Made by a program: the position numbers and the translations under genes. Source: Oscillospiraceae bacterium (lineage in GTDB: Bacteria; Bacillota; Clostridia; Oscillospirales; JAGBHD01). Taken from it: DNA of 62,969 bases. The notes below the pieces were generated by a model. That model did not search any database. It was not told the DNA's origin and worked only from the letters and a program-made list of their open reading frames with translations. Where the stretch lies: positions 1-62,969 of the forward strand of contig JAGBHD010000030.1 of assembly GCA_018110785.1 (NCBI GenBank), read 5' to 3'. The number at the start of each line of letters is the position of its first letter. The first letter of the stretch is position 1. Shown here in pieces: positions 15,504-25,728 of this stretch.

Positions 15504-16913
15504 GTGGGAAAAAATGTAATAGAGTTAAAAGATATCGTCGTCAGCTATGACGGGGAGCAAATCTTAAAGGGTATTAATTTGGACATTAAGGACAAAGAAT
15601 TTATTACCCTGTTAGGTCCTTCGGGGTGCGGTAAGACTACCACGCTCAGAATTATCGGCGGATTTGTATCACCGGATAGCGGCGATGTTTTGTTTGAGGG
15701 GAAAAAAATTAACGATGTTCCGCCGCATAAGCGAAATGTTAATACCGTTTTTCAGCGCTATGCGCTTTTCCCGCATTTGAACGTTTTTGATAATGTTGCT
15801 TTCGGGCTTAGAATCAATAAAACTCCCGAAGCTGAAATCAAAACCCGCGTTCTCGATATGCTTCAGTTAGTTGACCTTAAGGGCTTTGAGAAGCGCAAGG
15901 TAAGTAAGCTTTCGGGCGGTCAGCAGCAGCGCGTTGCGATAGCGAGAGCTTTGGTTAACGCGCCGAGCGTTTTGCTTCTTGATGAGCCTTTGGGTGCTTT
16001 GGATTTAAAGCTTCGCAAGGATATGCAGATAGAGCTTAAGAAAATTCAGCAGAAGCTTAAAATAACCTTTATTTATGTAACGCATGATCAAGAAGAGGCT
16101 TTAACAATGTCCGATGAGGTTGTTGTTATGAAGGACGGCACTATTCAGCAGATAGGAACCCCTCAAGATATTTATAACGAGCCTGTTAATGCCTTTGTTG
16201 CAGACTTTATAGGCGAAAACAATATTGTTGACGGCGTTATGAAGAAGGATTTTCTCGTTTCCTTCTGCGGACATGATTTTGATTGTGTTGACAGCGGATT
16301 TGGAGAAGGCGAATCGGTTGACGTTGTTGTTCGTCCTGAAGATGTTGAGGTTGTTCCCAGCATTAAGGGTGATATTTCAGGTACAGTTTTATCCGCAGGC
16401 TTTAAGGGTGTTCATTATGAAATGATTGTTGACTGCGGAGGTTTCCAATGGCTTATTCATTCTACCGTATCGCAGCGGCCGGGAGATGAGATAGGCCTTA
16501 AAATCTCGCCCGATAGTATACATATTATGAAAAAAATGCTTCCCTTTGACGAAAATGTTTTAGAGGGCGAGTGTTCATATTTTGATGAAGAAAACTCTCT
16601 TTATGTTATAAAAACCGAAGATGGTGAAATTTCTGTTAAGAGCGATAGCGAAATAGCGGAAGATGCGAAGGTTACGCTTACTTTCAGTCCTGAGGATATT
16701 GAGATCGTTCCCGAAAATCAGGGCGATTTCAACGGATATCTCGAATCGGTTATTGATAAGGCAAGTTATATAGAAATGATAGTTTCTACCGATGAGAAAA
16801 AGTATCTTATAAAATCTCAGAAAGATGAGCAGGTTGGAACTACCGTTTCTCTGAAATTCAATTCTTTAAAGGCTAAAATCGAGGTTTCGGAGGGTAATGC
16901 CGATGAAATCTAA
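15504..16913 (+). CDS. potA: spermidine/putrescine ABC transporter ATP-binding protein with duplicated C-terminal regulatory module
   Basis: GTG start. Walker [10 protein letters not shown], signature LSGGQQQR, Walker B LLLDEP. 469 aa, about 100 aa longer than usual. Confidence 0.9.
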   Translation: MGKNVIELKDIVVSYDGEQILKGINLDIKDKEFITLLGPSGCGKTTTLRIIGGFVSPDSGDVLFEGKKINDVPPHKRNVNTVFQRYALFPHLNVFDNVAFGLRINKTPEAEIKTRVLDMLQLVDLKGFEKRKVSKLSGGQQQRVAIARALVNAPSVLLLDEPLGALDLKLRKDMQIELKKIQQKLKITFIYVTHDQEEALTMSDEVVVMKDGTIQQIGTPQDIYNEPVNAFVADFIGENNIVDGVMKKDFLVSFCGHDFDCVDSGFGEGESVDVVVRPEDVEVVPSIKGDISGTVLSAGFKGVHYEMIVDCGGFQWLIHSTVSQRPGDEIGLKISPDSIHIMKKMLPFDENVLEGECSYFDEENSLYVIKTEDGEISVKSDSEIAEDAKVTLTFSPEDIEIVPENQGDFNGYLESVIDKASYIEMIVSTDEKKYLIKSQKDEQVGTTVSLKFNSLKAKIEVSEGNADEI

Positions 16914-17697
16914 ATGGACTGCAACGCCTTACTTTATCTGGATGGCAATTTTTATCATTGTTCCTCTCGGAATGGTGGTTTATTACGCTTTTTCTGATGA
17001 TGGAAAGTTCAGCTTGCAGGCATTTTTAGATATAACGATTTATGCGCCTGTATTCTTTAAATCCCTTTGGCTGGCTTTGATTGCAACGGTTATATCGCTT
17101 GTTATTTCCTATCCTTTGGCTTATATGATGAGCAGAGCGAATGCCGTAACCCAGAAAACTATGGTTATGCTGATTATGCTGCCGATGTGGATGAACTTTC
17201 TTTTAAGAATTTATGCTTTGGTTACCCTGCTTCAGGAAAACGGGCTTGTTGAAAAGTTTTTCTCGCTTTTCGGAATAGAGGTTTCTATTATAAACACCTC
17301 TACGGCGGTAGTTATAGGAATGGTTTATAATTTTATTCCTTATATGCTTATGCCTATTTATACCGTTATGACGAAGATAGACAATAATCTTATTGAGGCG
17401 GCAGCTGACCTTGGCAGCAATACCTTTAATGTATTCAAAAAGGTTGTAATACCGCTTTCGCTTCCGGGTGTCGTTTCGGGAATTACTATGGTTTTCGTTC
17501 CCGCGGCAAGTACATTTTTAGTTGCGCAGTATCTCGACGGAAGCAACAAGCTGATAGGCGATTTTATCGAAAAAGAGTTTTTAAGAGATTACAGCACAGG
17601 CTCAGCCCTTTCGCTTGTTTTAATGGTTGTTATGTTTATATTCATAGGACTTACCAACCGATTCGGAAACGATGATATGGAGGGAATGGTAATATGA
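16903..17697 (+). CDS. potB: spermidine/putrescine ABC transporter permease
   Basis: Six-TM permease with an EAA-type loop (IEAAADLG). I chose the ATG at 16903 because GGAGGG lies 8 nt upstream. Confidence 0.85.
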   Translation: MKSKWTATPYFIWMAIFIIVPLGMVVYYAFSDDGKFSLQAFLDITIYAPVFFKSLWLALIATVISLVISYPLAYMMSRANAVTQKTMVMLIMLPMWMNFLLRIYALVTLLQENGLVEKFFSLFGIEVSIINTSTAVVIGMVYNFIPYMLMPIYTVMTKIDNNLIEAAADLGSNTFNVFKKVVIPLSLPGVVSGITMVFVPAASTFLVAQYLDGSNKLIGDFIEKEFLRDYSTGSALSLVLMVVMFIFIGLTNRFGNDDMEGMVI

Positions 17698-18485
17698 CAA
17701 GACGTTCCCATAAGATATACACCGCTTTAATACTTTTGTTTTTATATATTCCGATATTCATTTTGATTTTCTATTCATTTAACGACGGAAAAACTACCGT
17801 TTTCAAAGGCTTTACCTTAAAATGGTATGTTGAGCTTTTCAAGGATACCGTTATAATGGAGAGTCTGCTTAACTCCTTTATAGTTGCAATAACCTCGGCT
17901 ATCAGCGCAACTATTTTGGGAACAATGGCGGCTATCGGAATTTTCTCAATGAAGAAAAAAACGGGCGATATGGTTTTGCAGGTTTCAAATCTTCCGATTA
18001 TAAACCCCGAAATCGTAACAGGCGTTTCTTTAATGCTTATGTTTGTTTTCTTTTCAGGTCTTTTGGGCTTTGAGCTTGGAATGGGTACCGTTATTTTAGC
18101 CCATATTTCCTTTAGCGTTCCTTATGTTGTTTTAAATGTTTTGCCAAAGCTCAGACAAATGAACAGAAACATTTATGAAGCGGCATTAGACCTTGGCTGC
18201 AGCCCTGCGGTAGCATTCAGAAAGGTTGTTATACCTGAGATAATGCCGGGAGTTGTAAGCGGATTTTTGATGGCATTTACCTTTTCTTTAGATGATTTTA
18301 TTATCACCTATTTTACAAGAGGCTCTAAATTCCAAACCCTCCCTATTGAGATATATACTATGCTCAGAAGAAGGCTTTCTCCCAAGATAAACGCCCTTTC
18401 AACCTTAATGTTTTTAATTGTTTTAATAGCCCTCATTTTAGTAAATCTTAAGGACTACAGACAGGCAAAGAGAGGTGCGAAATGA
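17694..18485 (+). CDS. potC: spermidine/putrescine ABC transporter permease
   Basis: Permease with YEAALDLG loop. ATGA overlap with potB. Confidence 0.85.
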   Translation: MTRRSHKIYTALILLFLYIPIFILIFYSFNDGKTTVFKGFTLKWYVELFKDTVIMESLLNSFIVAITSAISATILGTMAAIGIFSMKKKTGDMVLQVSNLPIINPEIVTGVSLMLMFVFFSGLLGFELGMGTVILAHISFSVPYVVLNVLPKLRQMNRNIYEAALDLGCSPAVAFRKVVIPEIMPGVVSGFLMAFTFSLDDFIITYFTRGSKFQTLPIEIYTMLRRRLSPKINALSTLMFLIVLIALILVNLKDYRQAKRGAK

Positions 18486-19540
18486 AAAAGAAGCTTTGTA
18501 TCTTACTTTGTTTATTATTGAGCCTTCCTTGGTGTTTAACATCTTGCAAAAAATATGAAAGCGAGATAAATGTTTATAACTGGGGAGAATATATTTCCGA
18601 CGGCAGCGAGGATACATATGATGTTATTCGCGAGTTTGAGCTGAAATATAATATAAAGGTTAATTATACTGAATACGATAGCAACGAATATATGTATAAT
18701 GTTCTTAAAAACAATACAGGAAGCGCCTATGATATATTGGTGCCTTCGGAATATATGGTTGCAAAGCTTATTGAAGAGGATATGGTGCAGAAGATAAACT
18801 TCGAAAACATACCGAACTATAAGTATATCGATGAAAAGTATAAAAATCTGCCCTTTGACCCTAATAATGAATACAGTATTCCTTATTTTGCAGGAACTTT
18901 AGGCATTGTTTATAATAAAACAATGGTCGATGAAGAAGTAGACAGCTGGGAGATTTTGTGGGACGAAAAATATAAAGAAAAGATATTTATGATAGATAAC
19001 TCCCGAGATGCTTTCGCTGTTGCCTTGACTGTTTTAGGGTACGACCCTAATAACTGCACCAAAGAGCAGATAGATGAGGCTATGGAGCTTCTTAAAAAGC
19101 AGCGTCCGCTTGTTTATACATACGGAATGGATCAGGTTTTCAACTGCATGGAGCAGGACCAATGCGCTCTCGGAGTTTATTACGCGGGCGATGCGGTTAC
19201 TATGATGGAAAACAACGAAAATCTTGATTTCGTTGTTCCTAAAGAAGGCTCCAATATGTTTGTTGACAGCATTGTTATTCCAAAAAATGCCGAAAACAAA
19301 GAGGGGGCAGAGAAGTTTATAAACTTCCTTTTAGATCCCGAAGTTTCGGCGGCAAATGCGGAATATGTTTGCTATACCTCCTGCAACGAAGCTTCTTATG
19401 AGCTTATTGATGAGGAGATAATAGAAGACGATATCATCTATCCCGATGAGGAAGTTTATGAGCGTTGTTTTTATTTCTCCAATATGGAAAAGGAGCTTTA
19501 CGATTATTTGCAGAAAGCTTGGATAAAGGTTCAGATATAA
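18482..19540 (+). CDS. potD: spermidine/putrescine-binding lipoprotein
   Basis: Lipobox LTSC. INVYNWGEYI is typical of PotD/PotF family binding proteins. Confidence 0.85.
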   Translation: MKKKLCILLCLLLSLPWCLTSCKKYESEINVYNWGEYISDGSEDTYDVIREFELKYNIKVNYTEYDSNEYMYNVLKNNTGSAYDILVPSEYMVAKLIEEDMVQKINFENIPNYKYIDEKYKNLPFDPNNEYSIPYFAGTLGIVYNKTMVDEEVDSWEILWDEKYKEKIFMIDNSRDAFAVALTVLGYDPNNCTKEQIDEAMELLKKQRPLVYTYGMDQVFNCMEQDQCALGVYYAGDAVTMMENNENLDFVVPKEGSNMFVDSIVIPKNAENKEGAEKFINFLLDPEVSAANAEYVCYTSCNEASYELIDEEIIEDDIIYPDEEVYERCFYFSNMEKELYDYLQKAWIKVQI

Positions 19541-19570
19541 AAAAGTCGGCGTTAATTAACGCCGACTTTT
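19541..19570. terminator. bidirectional terminator
   Basis: AAAAGTCGGCGTTA / TAACGCCGACTTTT, perfect 14-bp stem. Confidence 0.8.
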
Positions 19571-19593
19571 CTTCAGTTTAAGGTGAGAGATTG

Positions 19594-19788
19594 TTATTTT
19601 ACAGACTCTTCGTAAGCCTTAATCATCTTTTTAACCATCTGACCGCCAACGCTTCCTGCTTCTCTGGAAGTGAGGTTGCCGTTGTAACCGTTCTTAAGAT
19701 TTACGCCAACTTCGTTAGCTGCTTCCATCTTGAACTTATCAAGCGCTTCTCTTGCCTGGGGAACAACGATTCTGTTCGACTTAGACAT
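19594..19788 (-). CDS. alpha/beta-type small acid-soluble spore protein
   Basis: ALDKFKMEAANEVGV ... GNLTSREAGSVGGQMVKKMI is the classic SASP signature. Confidence 0.92.
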   Translation of the reverse strand: MSKSNRIVVPQAREALDKFKMEAANEVGVNLKNGYNGNLTSREAGSVGGQMVKKMIKAYEESVK

Positions 19789-19859
19789 GGGTTTAACACT
19801 CCTTCGTTTAAAAAATTATTGCGTTTGCAAATATAGTTTGAGCGTTCTTACTTTTGTTA

Positions 19860-20879
19860 TTAGTGGTAATTTCTGTTTTTTAAATTTATTTTTTCCAAAG
19901 AAAAGGCGGTAAAAAAAGCGAAAATTATTAAGAATAGAGAAGCGGGGATATTGCCCGAAAAATCGGGAGCGGGCATTGGAATAAAGGAAACCGAAATGCT
20001 TTGGGGGAAGATTATTAAAAAAAGGCGGAATATGATAGCAGAAAGAATTCCCGAAGATATGCGAAGAAGAAAATATTTGCCTTTCTTTAATGGAATATCG
20101 CCAAGATTAAAAATGACCTGCAGCTGAACGCAAAGGCCGCCGAAGGAAGAAAAAAAGGCTATGGCTAAAAGGGAATAGAGGTTGAAGCTTTCAGACAGCG
20201 AATTTGCAGCGAAGGTTACCTCTAAAAAATAGGCAAGGTAAGGCATTATTTTAAGAGAGGATAGGATATAGCAAATGGCTGAAAAGAGGGTTACAAAGGC
20301 TGAAAGGGTTATAGCGGCGCGGCTGGTATCGGAAACGGGAACGGTTATACACTGCGAAAAAGAGGGAAAAGCGGGAGATTTTTTTAATGTTTTTTTGTCT
20401 TTTTTTGAAAAAAGATATAAAATAAAACAGCTTAAAACCGAGGAGATATACAGAAGCATACCTAAAAAAGGGCTTTTTAAAAGCTTTGCTCCTATTCCGC
20501 CTATTATAAATGCAGGGCCGCCGCATAAAAAACAGTTGTTCAAAAGGATAGCTTCGCTTTCGGAGATCTCTCCATTTATAACCGCTTTTTTAGACTGAAC
20601 TGCACATACGGGGAAGCCGCCTATAAGAGAAAGAATAATAATTTCCCATCGGCTGTTTATAAAAGGCAGACGGCGCAAAAATGCGCTTTCTTTTATAATT
20701 CCGCTAAGCACCATCTGGAAAAAAAGAGAGGGAATCAGAAAGCCCCAAGAGAGGCTGAGTCCATAAAAAACGGCATCCTTACAAAGGGAAGGGTATAGAA
20801 GAACAAAGGCGAAGCTGAAAATAGAAATTATACCTAATATATCGGTTTTTATTTTTGAAAACAATCTTTCTTTATTCAT
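19860..20879 (-). CDS. nucleoside-recognition (Gate) domain membrane protein, YlbJ-like
   Basis: 339-aa polytopic protein. LSLIGGFPVCAV and the overall pattern resemble the sporulation membrane protein YlbJ. Confidence 0.5.
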   Translation of the reverse strand: MNKERLFSKIKTDILGIISIFSFAFVLLYPSLCKDAVFYGLSLSWGFLIPSLFFQMVLSGIIKESAFLRRLPFINSRWEIIILSLIGGFPVCAVQSKKAVINGEISESEAILLNNCFLCGGPAFIIGGIGAKLLKSPFLGMLLYISSVLSCFILYLFSKKDKKTLKKSPAFPSFSQCITVPVSDTSRAAITLSAFVTLFSAICYILSSLKIMPYLAYFLEVTFAANSLSESFNLYSLLAIAFFSSFGGLCVQLQVIFNLGDIPLKKGKYFLLRISSGILSAIIFRLFLIIFPQSISVSFIPMPAPDFSGNIPASLFLIIFAFFTAFSLEKINLKNRNYH

Positions 20880-20958
20880 ATTTTTCTCGCTTTACTCATC
20901 AAATATTTATATTACAAATATATTTTAAAGAGATAAAAATATGAGGGCGGGGAAGCAA

Positions 20959-21171
20959 ATGAACGAAAACAGAATAGAGATTTCAGATAATAACCGAATA
21001 ATATTAGACGGAATAGAATCAATAAAGGAGTTCGGCGAAGGATATGTAACCCTAAAGCTTAAAAAATATTCGGTTAAGGTAGAGGGAAACGATATAACCG
21101 TTTCGGAATTTACAGATGGCTGCGCTGTTTTGGAAGGTCAGCTATTCTCGGTTAGTTTTCTTTATGTTTGA
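20959..21171 (+). CDS. yqfC: YabP/YqfC-family sporulation protein
   Basis: Small beta-rich protein directly upstream of yqfD, overlapping it by 4 nt at the TTG. Start at 20959 preferred (GAGGGCGGGGAAG upstream). Confidence 0.65.
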   Translation: MNENRIEISDNNRIILDGIESIKEFGEGYVTLKLKKYSVKVEGNDITVSEFTDGCAVLEGQLFSVSFLYV

Positions 21172-21182
21172 GGGATAAATTT

Positions 21183-22355
21183 ATGTTTATTCGCTTGATA
21201 AAATACATAAAAGGAACTGTTGAATTCAAAGTTACGGTAGCAGATGGCGATGGATTTATAAAAGAGCTTTCAAAATACGGGAAAATATATGAAATTCGCC
21301 GTAAAGGAATAGACCTTTACGGAAGCTGTACCGTTGCTACATACCGCTCTTTCGCCCCATTGGTTAAAAAATACCACGGGCGGCGGCGGGTTTTAAAAAG
21401 GCGAGGAATTAGATTTCAGATTTATAAAAGACGTGCTCGTTTAGGGCTTCCGATAGGTATTTTGGCGGCTTTTATCTTATTTATTGTTCTTTCGCAGTTT
21501 ATTTGGTCGATTGAGATAAACGGCGAAAATGAGGAACTAAAGGCGGCGCTAAGAGAAGCTTTGCCGAGCTATGGAATAAAAAACGGAGCATACAAAAGGT
21601 CCTTGGATACAAAAAGCTTAGAGAATCAAATTCTTGCTGATTTTCCCGATATAGCCTTTCTTGCTATAAATATTTCCGGCTCTAATATTTCCGTTGAGAT
21701 AGATGAGGTTGATAAAAGCCCCGTTAAAGACAAGGGCGGAAAATTCGGAAACATAATAGCAAAAAGCGAAGGGAAGATAATATCTCCGAATGTTTATAAC
21801 GGAGTTTCGCTTATAAAAGAGGGGGATTATGTTTTTAAAGGGGAGCTTTTGGTTTCGGGTACGCGCGAGGATTATTTCGGGCGGACAATTTTTTTAAATT
21901 CCGATGCCGATATTTATGCCGAAACCGAAAATGCTTTAACTATTAAGCTTCCAAAGGTACAGCTTAAAGAAATACCGACGGGCAAAAAAATTATAAAGAG
22001 ATATATTTCTATTTTTAATTTTAATATCCCGCTTCATCTTCATTTTTTCGATAAGGGTTTTTATAACGATACCGTTACGGGAAAGAGATTCGAGCTTTTT
22101 GGAAAAGAGCTGCCCGTTTTTTATACAAAGGTGGAGCTCGAAGAGGTTTATTATGAGGAGATTATAAAGACTTCTCAAGAGCTGGAAAGAGAGGCGAGAG
22201 AGCTTTTGGAAGCAGAGCTGGAAAACCTCGATGACAGAACGGAGGTTTCTTTAAAGGATATCTCCTTAGAAGAAAACGAGAATGAAATAATTTTAACGGC
22301 GATATATACGGCGGTAGAAAATATTGCGGAATATGTTCCTTTTGAGGTAAATTAA
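21183..22355 (+). CDS. yqfD: sporulation protein YqfD
   Basis: N-terminus MFIRLIKYIKGTVEFKV, a central TM helix, and a conserved yqfC-yqfD-phoH context. GAGGGA lies 7 nt upstream of the ATG at 21183. Confidence 0.8.
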   Translation: MFIRLIKYIKGTVEFKVTVADGDGFIKELSKYGKIYEIRRKGIDLYGSCTVATYRSFAPLVKKYHGRRRVLKRRGIRFQIYKRRARLGLPIGILAAFILFIVLSQFIWSIEINGENEELKAALREALPSYGIKNGAYKRSLDTKSLENQILADFPDIAFLAINISGSNISVEIDEVDKSPVKDKGGKFGNIIAKSEGKIISPNVYNGVSLIKEGDYVFKGELLVSGTREDYFGRTIFLNSDADIYAETENALTIKLPKVQLKEIPTGKKIIKRYISIFNFNIPLHLHFFDKGFYNDTVTGKRFELFGKELPVFYTKVELEEVYYEEIIKTSQELEREARELLEAELENLDDRTEVSLKDISLEENENEIILTAIYTAVENIAEYVPFEVN

Positions 22356-22425
22356 AAAATACTATTCAAAAAGATGTTTTTATGATATACTAAAGGTTGG
22401 AAGTTTATATAAGGGGTGTTTTTCA

Positions 22426-23412
22426 ATAGAAAGAATATTAGAGATAAAGGATACCGAACAGGCTTTTCAGCTTTTCGGAAATTTTGATGAGAACATTAAG
22501 CTTATAGAAAATGAATGGGGCGTTCAGGTTTTAAACCGCGGCGCAGATATTAAAATTATAGGAGATGAAGAAAATTCCTATAAGGCATTTTCCGCTTTAA
22601 ATGCGCTTATCTCCTTAATGGATAAAGGCGAAGCCTTGACAAATCAGCTTATACGATATGTTATATCCCTTACTAATGACGGCAATCTCGACAAATTAAC
22701 CTCTTTAGCGAGCGACTGCATCTTGATTACCTCTAAAGGAAAGGCTTTGAAGCCCAAAACTATAGGACAGAAAAAATATGTTGATGCTATAAATGATAAT
22801 ACCATAACTATTGCTATAGGTCCTGCGGGAACGGGAAAGACCTATCTTGCGGTAGCCTTAGCGGTTAAAGCTTTCAGAAACCATGAGGTTAACAGAATTA
22901 TTTTAACCCGACCTGCCGTTGAAGCGGGAGAAAAGCTTGGATTTTTGCCCGGAGATTTGCAGAACAAGGTTGACCCTTATTTGCGCCCTCTATATGATGC
23001 GCTTTTGGAAATGTTCGGGGCGGAGAGCTTTCAGAAGCATTTTGAAAGAGGCAGCATAGAGGTTGCCCCATTAGCATATATGAGAGGAAGAACCTTAGAC
23101 GATTCCTTTATCATTCTCGACGAAGCTCAGAATACAACGAGAGAGCAGATGAAGATGTTTTTAACGAGAATGGGATTTAATTCCAAGGTTGTTATAACGG
23201 GAGATTCCACCCAGATAGATCTGCCCTCATCTGTTCGTTCGGGACTTTTAGAGGCTTCAAAGGTTTTGAAAAATATTGAGGATATTTCTATTATAAAGCT
23301 TGATAACAGCGATGTTGTAAGGCATCATTTAGTTCAGAAAATAGTTCGCGCTTATGAAAAATATGAGCGCGCGGCGGCAGAAAAGAGGACAAAGTCTAAT
23401 GATAAAAATTAA
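22426..23412 (+). CDS. phoH: PhoH-family ATPase (start codon uncertain, apparently non-canonical)
   Basis: Walker A GPAGTGKT. The conserved N-terminal PhoH domain (QLFGNFDENIKLIE) is encoded upstream of the first ATG (22618), in the same open frame. The only RBS-proximal codon is ATA at 22426, 9 nt after AAGGGG. Confidence 0.75.
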   Translation: MERILEIKDTEQAFQLFGNFDENIKLIENEWGVQVLNRGADIKIIGDEENSYKAFSALNALISLMDKGEALTNQLIRYVISLTNDGNLDKLTSLASDCILITSKGKALKPKTIGQKKYVDAINDNTITIAIGPAGTGKTYLAVALAVKAFRNHEVNRIILTRPAVEAGEKLGFLPGDLQNKVDPYLRPLYDALLEMFGAESFQKHFERGSIEVAPLAYMRGRTLDDSFIILDEAQNTTREQMKMFLTRMGFNSKVVITGDSTQIDLPSSVRSGLLEASKVLKNIEDISIIKLDNSDVVRHHLVQKIVRAYEKYERAAAEKRTKSNDKN

Positions 23413-23875
23413 GCTTATATTATCAAACAGGCAAAAGGAAAGGCTGCCCGAAAAGATAAACTCTTTAATTCGCCGCTCTATAAAAACTACACTCATAGAA
23501 GAGGGCTTTCCATATAATGCCGAAGTTAGCCTTAGCTTTGTTGATAACAAGGAGATAAGAGAGCTGAACAGAGATTTCAGAGATAAAGACTTAGAAACCG
23601 ATGTTCTTTCCTTTCCTTTAGGCGAAAACGGGGATTATGATGAAAACCCTGAAAACGGTTATAAGCTTTTGGGAGATATTGTTATTTCGGTGGAAAAGGC
23701 TTATGAGCAGGCTGATTTGTTCGGACATTCGAAAGAAAGAGAAATAGCCTTTTTAACCGTTCATTCGATGCTTCATCTTTTAGGCTACGACCATGTTAAC
23801 AGCGAAGAGGAAGAACTCGTTATGAGAGAAAAACAAGCGGGAATACTTTTGAAAATGGGGATAAATCGTGAGTAA
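23399..23875 (+). CDS. ybeY: rRNA maturation RNase YbeY
   Basis: HSMLHLLGYDH metal-binding motif. Start at 23399 (MIKIKLIL). Confidence 0.9.
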   Translation: MIKIKLILSNRQKERLPEKINSLIRRSIKTTLIEEGFPYNAEVSLSFVDNKEIRELNRDFRDKDLETDVLSFPLGENGDYDENPENGYKLLGDIVISVEKAYEQADLFGHSKEREIAFLTVHSMLHLLGYDHVNSEEEELVMREKQAGILLKMGINRE

Positions 23876-24761
23876 CATAACAACAAAATGCGGATTTTTA
23901 ACAATTATAGGAAAACCAAACGTAGGCAAGTCTTCTCTTATGAATGCTATTATCGGAGAGAAGCTTGCAATAGTTTCGCCGAGGCCTCAGACAACGCGAA
24001 ACAGAATAACGGGAATTTTAACCGAGGATAATACTCAGCTTATATTTTTGGATACACCCGGTTTTCATAAGCCTTTAACTAAGCTCGGAGAGCATATGGT
24101 TAACACCGTTTCCGAGGCTATCGGAGATGTTGACGCGGCTATATTTGTTACCGAAGCGGGGAAAAAGCTTTCCTCTTCCGAAGAGGAGCTTTTAGAGAAA
24201 GCTTTTAAGAAGAAAATTCCGATTTTTTTAGTTATAAATAAAATTGATACGGTTTTAAAAGAAGCCTTTATTTCAAAGGCAAATGAGCTTCTTTTAAAAT
24301 ACAATTTCAGCGAAGTATTTTACACCTCGGCTATTTCGGGCGAGGGAATAGACGAGCTTATTAAAACATTAAAAGCATCGGCGCCCGAAAGCCCGTTTTA
24401 TTTCCCTGAGGACTATTATTCAACCGACCCTGAAAGGTTTATTGTATCGGAGCTTATAAGAGAAAAGCTGCTTTCTAATCTTCGAGATGAAATTCCGCAC
24501 GGAACTGCGGTTGAGATAGAAAAAATGCGCGACAGAGAGGAAAAGGAAATAACCGATATAGAGGCGGTTATTATCTGCGAAAAGGACAGTCATAAGGGAA
24601 TTATTATAGGAAAAGGCGGAGCTATGCTTAAAAAGATAGGCTCTGAAGCGAGAAGCGATATAGAAAATTTCCTTGGCGGAAAATGCAATCTTAAAATTTG
24701 GGTTAAGGTGCGCTCGGATTGGAGAAATAAGGAAACCTTTATTCGCTCGATGGGATTTTAA
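23868..24761 (+). CDS. era: GTPase Era
   Basis: G1 GKPNVGKSS, G3 DTPG, G4 NKID, and a C-terminal KH domain. Confidence 0.95.
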   Translation: MSNITTKCGFLTIIGKPNVGKSSLMNAIIGEKLAIVSPRPQTTRNRITGILTEDNTQLIFLDTPGFHKPLTKLGEHMVNTVSEAIGDVDAAIFVTEAGKKLSSSEEELLEKAFKKKIPIFLVINKIDTVLKEAFISKANELLLKYNFSEVFYTSAISGEGIDELIKTLKASAPESPFYFPEDYYSTDPERFIVSELIREKLLSNLRDEIPHGTAVEIEKMRDREEKEITDIEAVIICEKDSHKGIIIGKGGAMLKKIGSEARSDIENFLGGKCNLKIWVKVRSDWRNKETFIRSMGF

Positions 24762-24824
24762 TTTCATAATTTTACCTGTTATTTATTCGGGCAGTTTAGC
24801 TTAGAATAATCTCAGGGTGATAAT

Positions 24825-25007
24825 ATGAAAAGCGATAATTACTGGCGAATTTTTATAGAATCGGGAAGCACTGAAGCCTATATAAACTATAAAAAGGCAA
24901 AAAAAGCAGAAAAAGAATTTTTAGAAGAACGAAGCAAACAGCTAACAGAGTTTGCTGATTCAGGGGAGCTAAGAGATGCATATAGCGACCGACGGGATAG
25001 TTATTAA
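24825..25007 (+). CDS. YqzL-family small protein
   Basis: 60 aa between era and recO. WRIFIESGSTEAYINYKK resembles YqzL. Confidence 0.6.
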   Translation: MKSDNYWRIFIESGSTEAYINYKKAKKAEKEFLEERSKQLTEFADSGELRDAYSDRRDSY

Positions 25008-25728
25008 AGAACGCCCGATAGGAGAAAAGGACAAGGTTATAACGATACTTACCCGAACAGAAGGGATAATCGAAGCGATTGCAAGGGGAGTTAGGAATAC
25101 CAAGAGCCGTCTTCTGTCAGGCGTTAGCCTGTTTACATATTCCGATTTCAGCATTTATAAGGGGAAAACCAATTTTATTATAGACAGCGCCGAGGAGAAA
25201 ACCTCCTTTTACGGCGTTTCTGCCGCTTTGGAAAAAACGGCGCTTTGCTTTTATTTTTCTTCGGTTTGCATTTCTCTTTCGCCATCGGGGGAAGAGAGCG
25301 AGGCATTTCTGCGATTATTTTTAAACAGCCTATATCTTCTCGAAAAGGATTTAAAGGATATAAGTCTTGTAAAGGCTGTTTTCGAACTAAAGGTAGCGGA
25401 ATACGGCGGCTTTAGCCCGAGCCTTACTGCCTGCTCGGTATGCGGTGTATATGAAGACAATAAAATGTTTTTAAACCTAAGAAGCGGAGAGCTTTTTTGC
25501 GATAGCCATAAAAGAGGAATGGGGGAGATACCCCTTTCGAAAAAGGTTTTAACCGCCTTTCGGTTTGTTTATTTTAATGAGATAGAAAGGGCCTTTGGAT
25601 TTCAGCTTGACTCGCTTTCATTAAGGCAGTTTTCTTCTGCGGCGGAGATGTATTTACTCGCCCAGACAAATGAGAAGTTTAAAACACTTGATTTTTTCAA
25701 ATCTATAACGGGGAAATATGATGGATAA
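24976..25728 (+). CDS. recO: DNA repair protein RecO
   Basis: 250 aa with an OB-fold N-terminus and the zinc motif CSVCG ... FCDSH. Conserved era-recO context. Confidence 0.88.
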   Translation: MHIATDGIVIKERPIGEKDKVITILTRTEGIIEAIARGVRNTKSRLLSGVSLFTYSDFSIYKGKTNFIIDSAEEKTSFYGVSAALEKTALCFYFSSVCISLSPSGEESEAFLRLFLNSLYLLEKDLKDISLVKAVFELKVAEYGGFSPSLTACSVCGVYEDNKMFLNLRSGELFCDSHKRGMGEIPLSKKVLTAFRFVYFNEIERAFGFQLDSLSLRQFSSAAEMYLLAQTNEKFKTLDFFKSITGKYDG

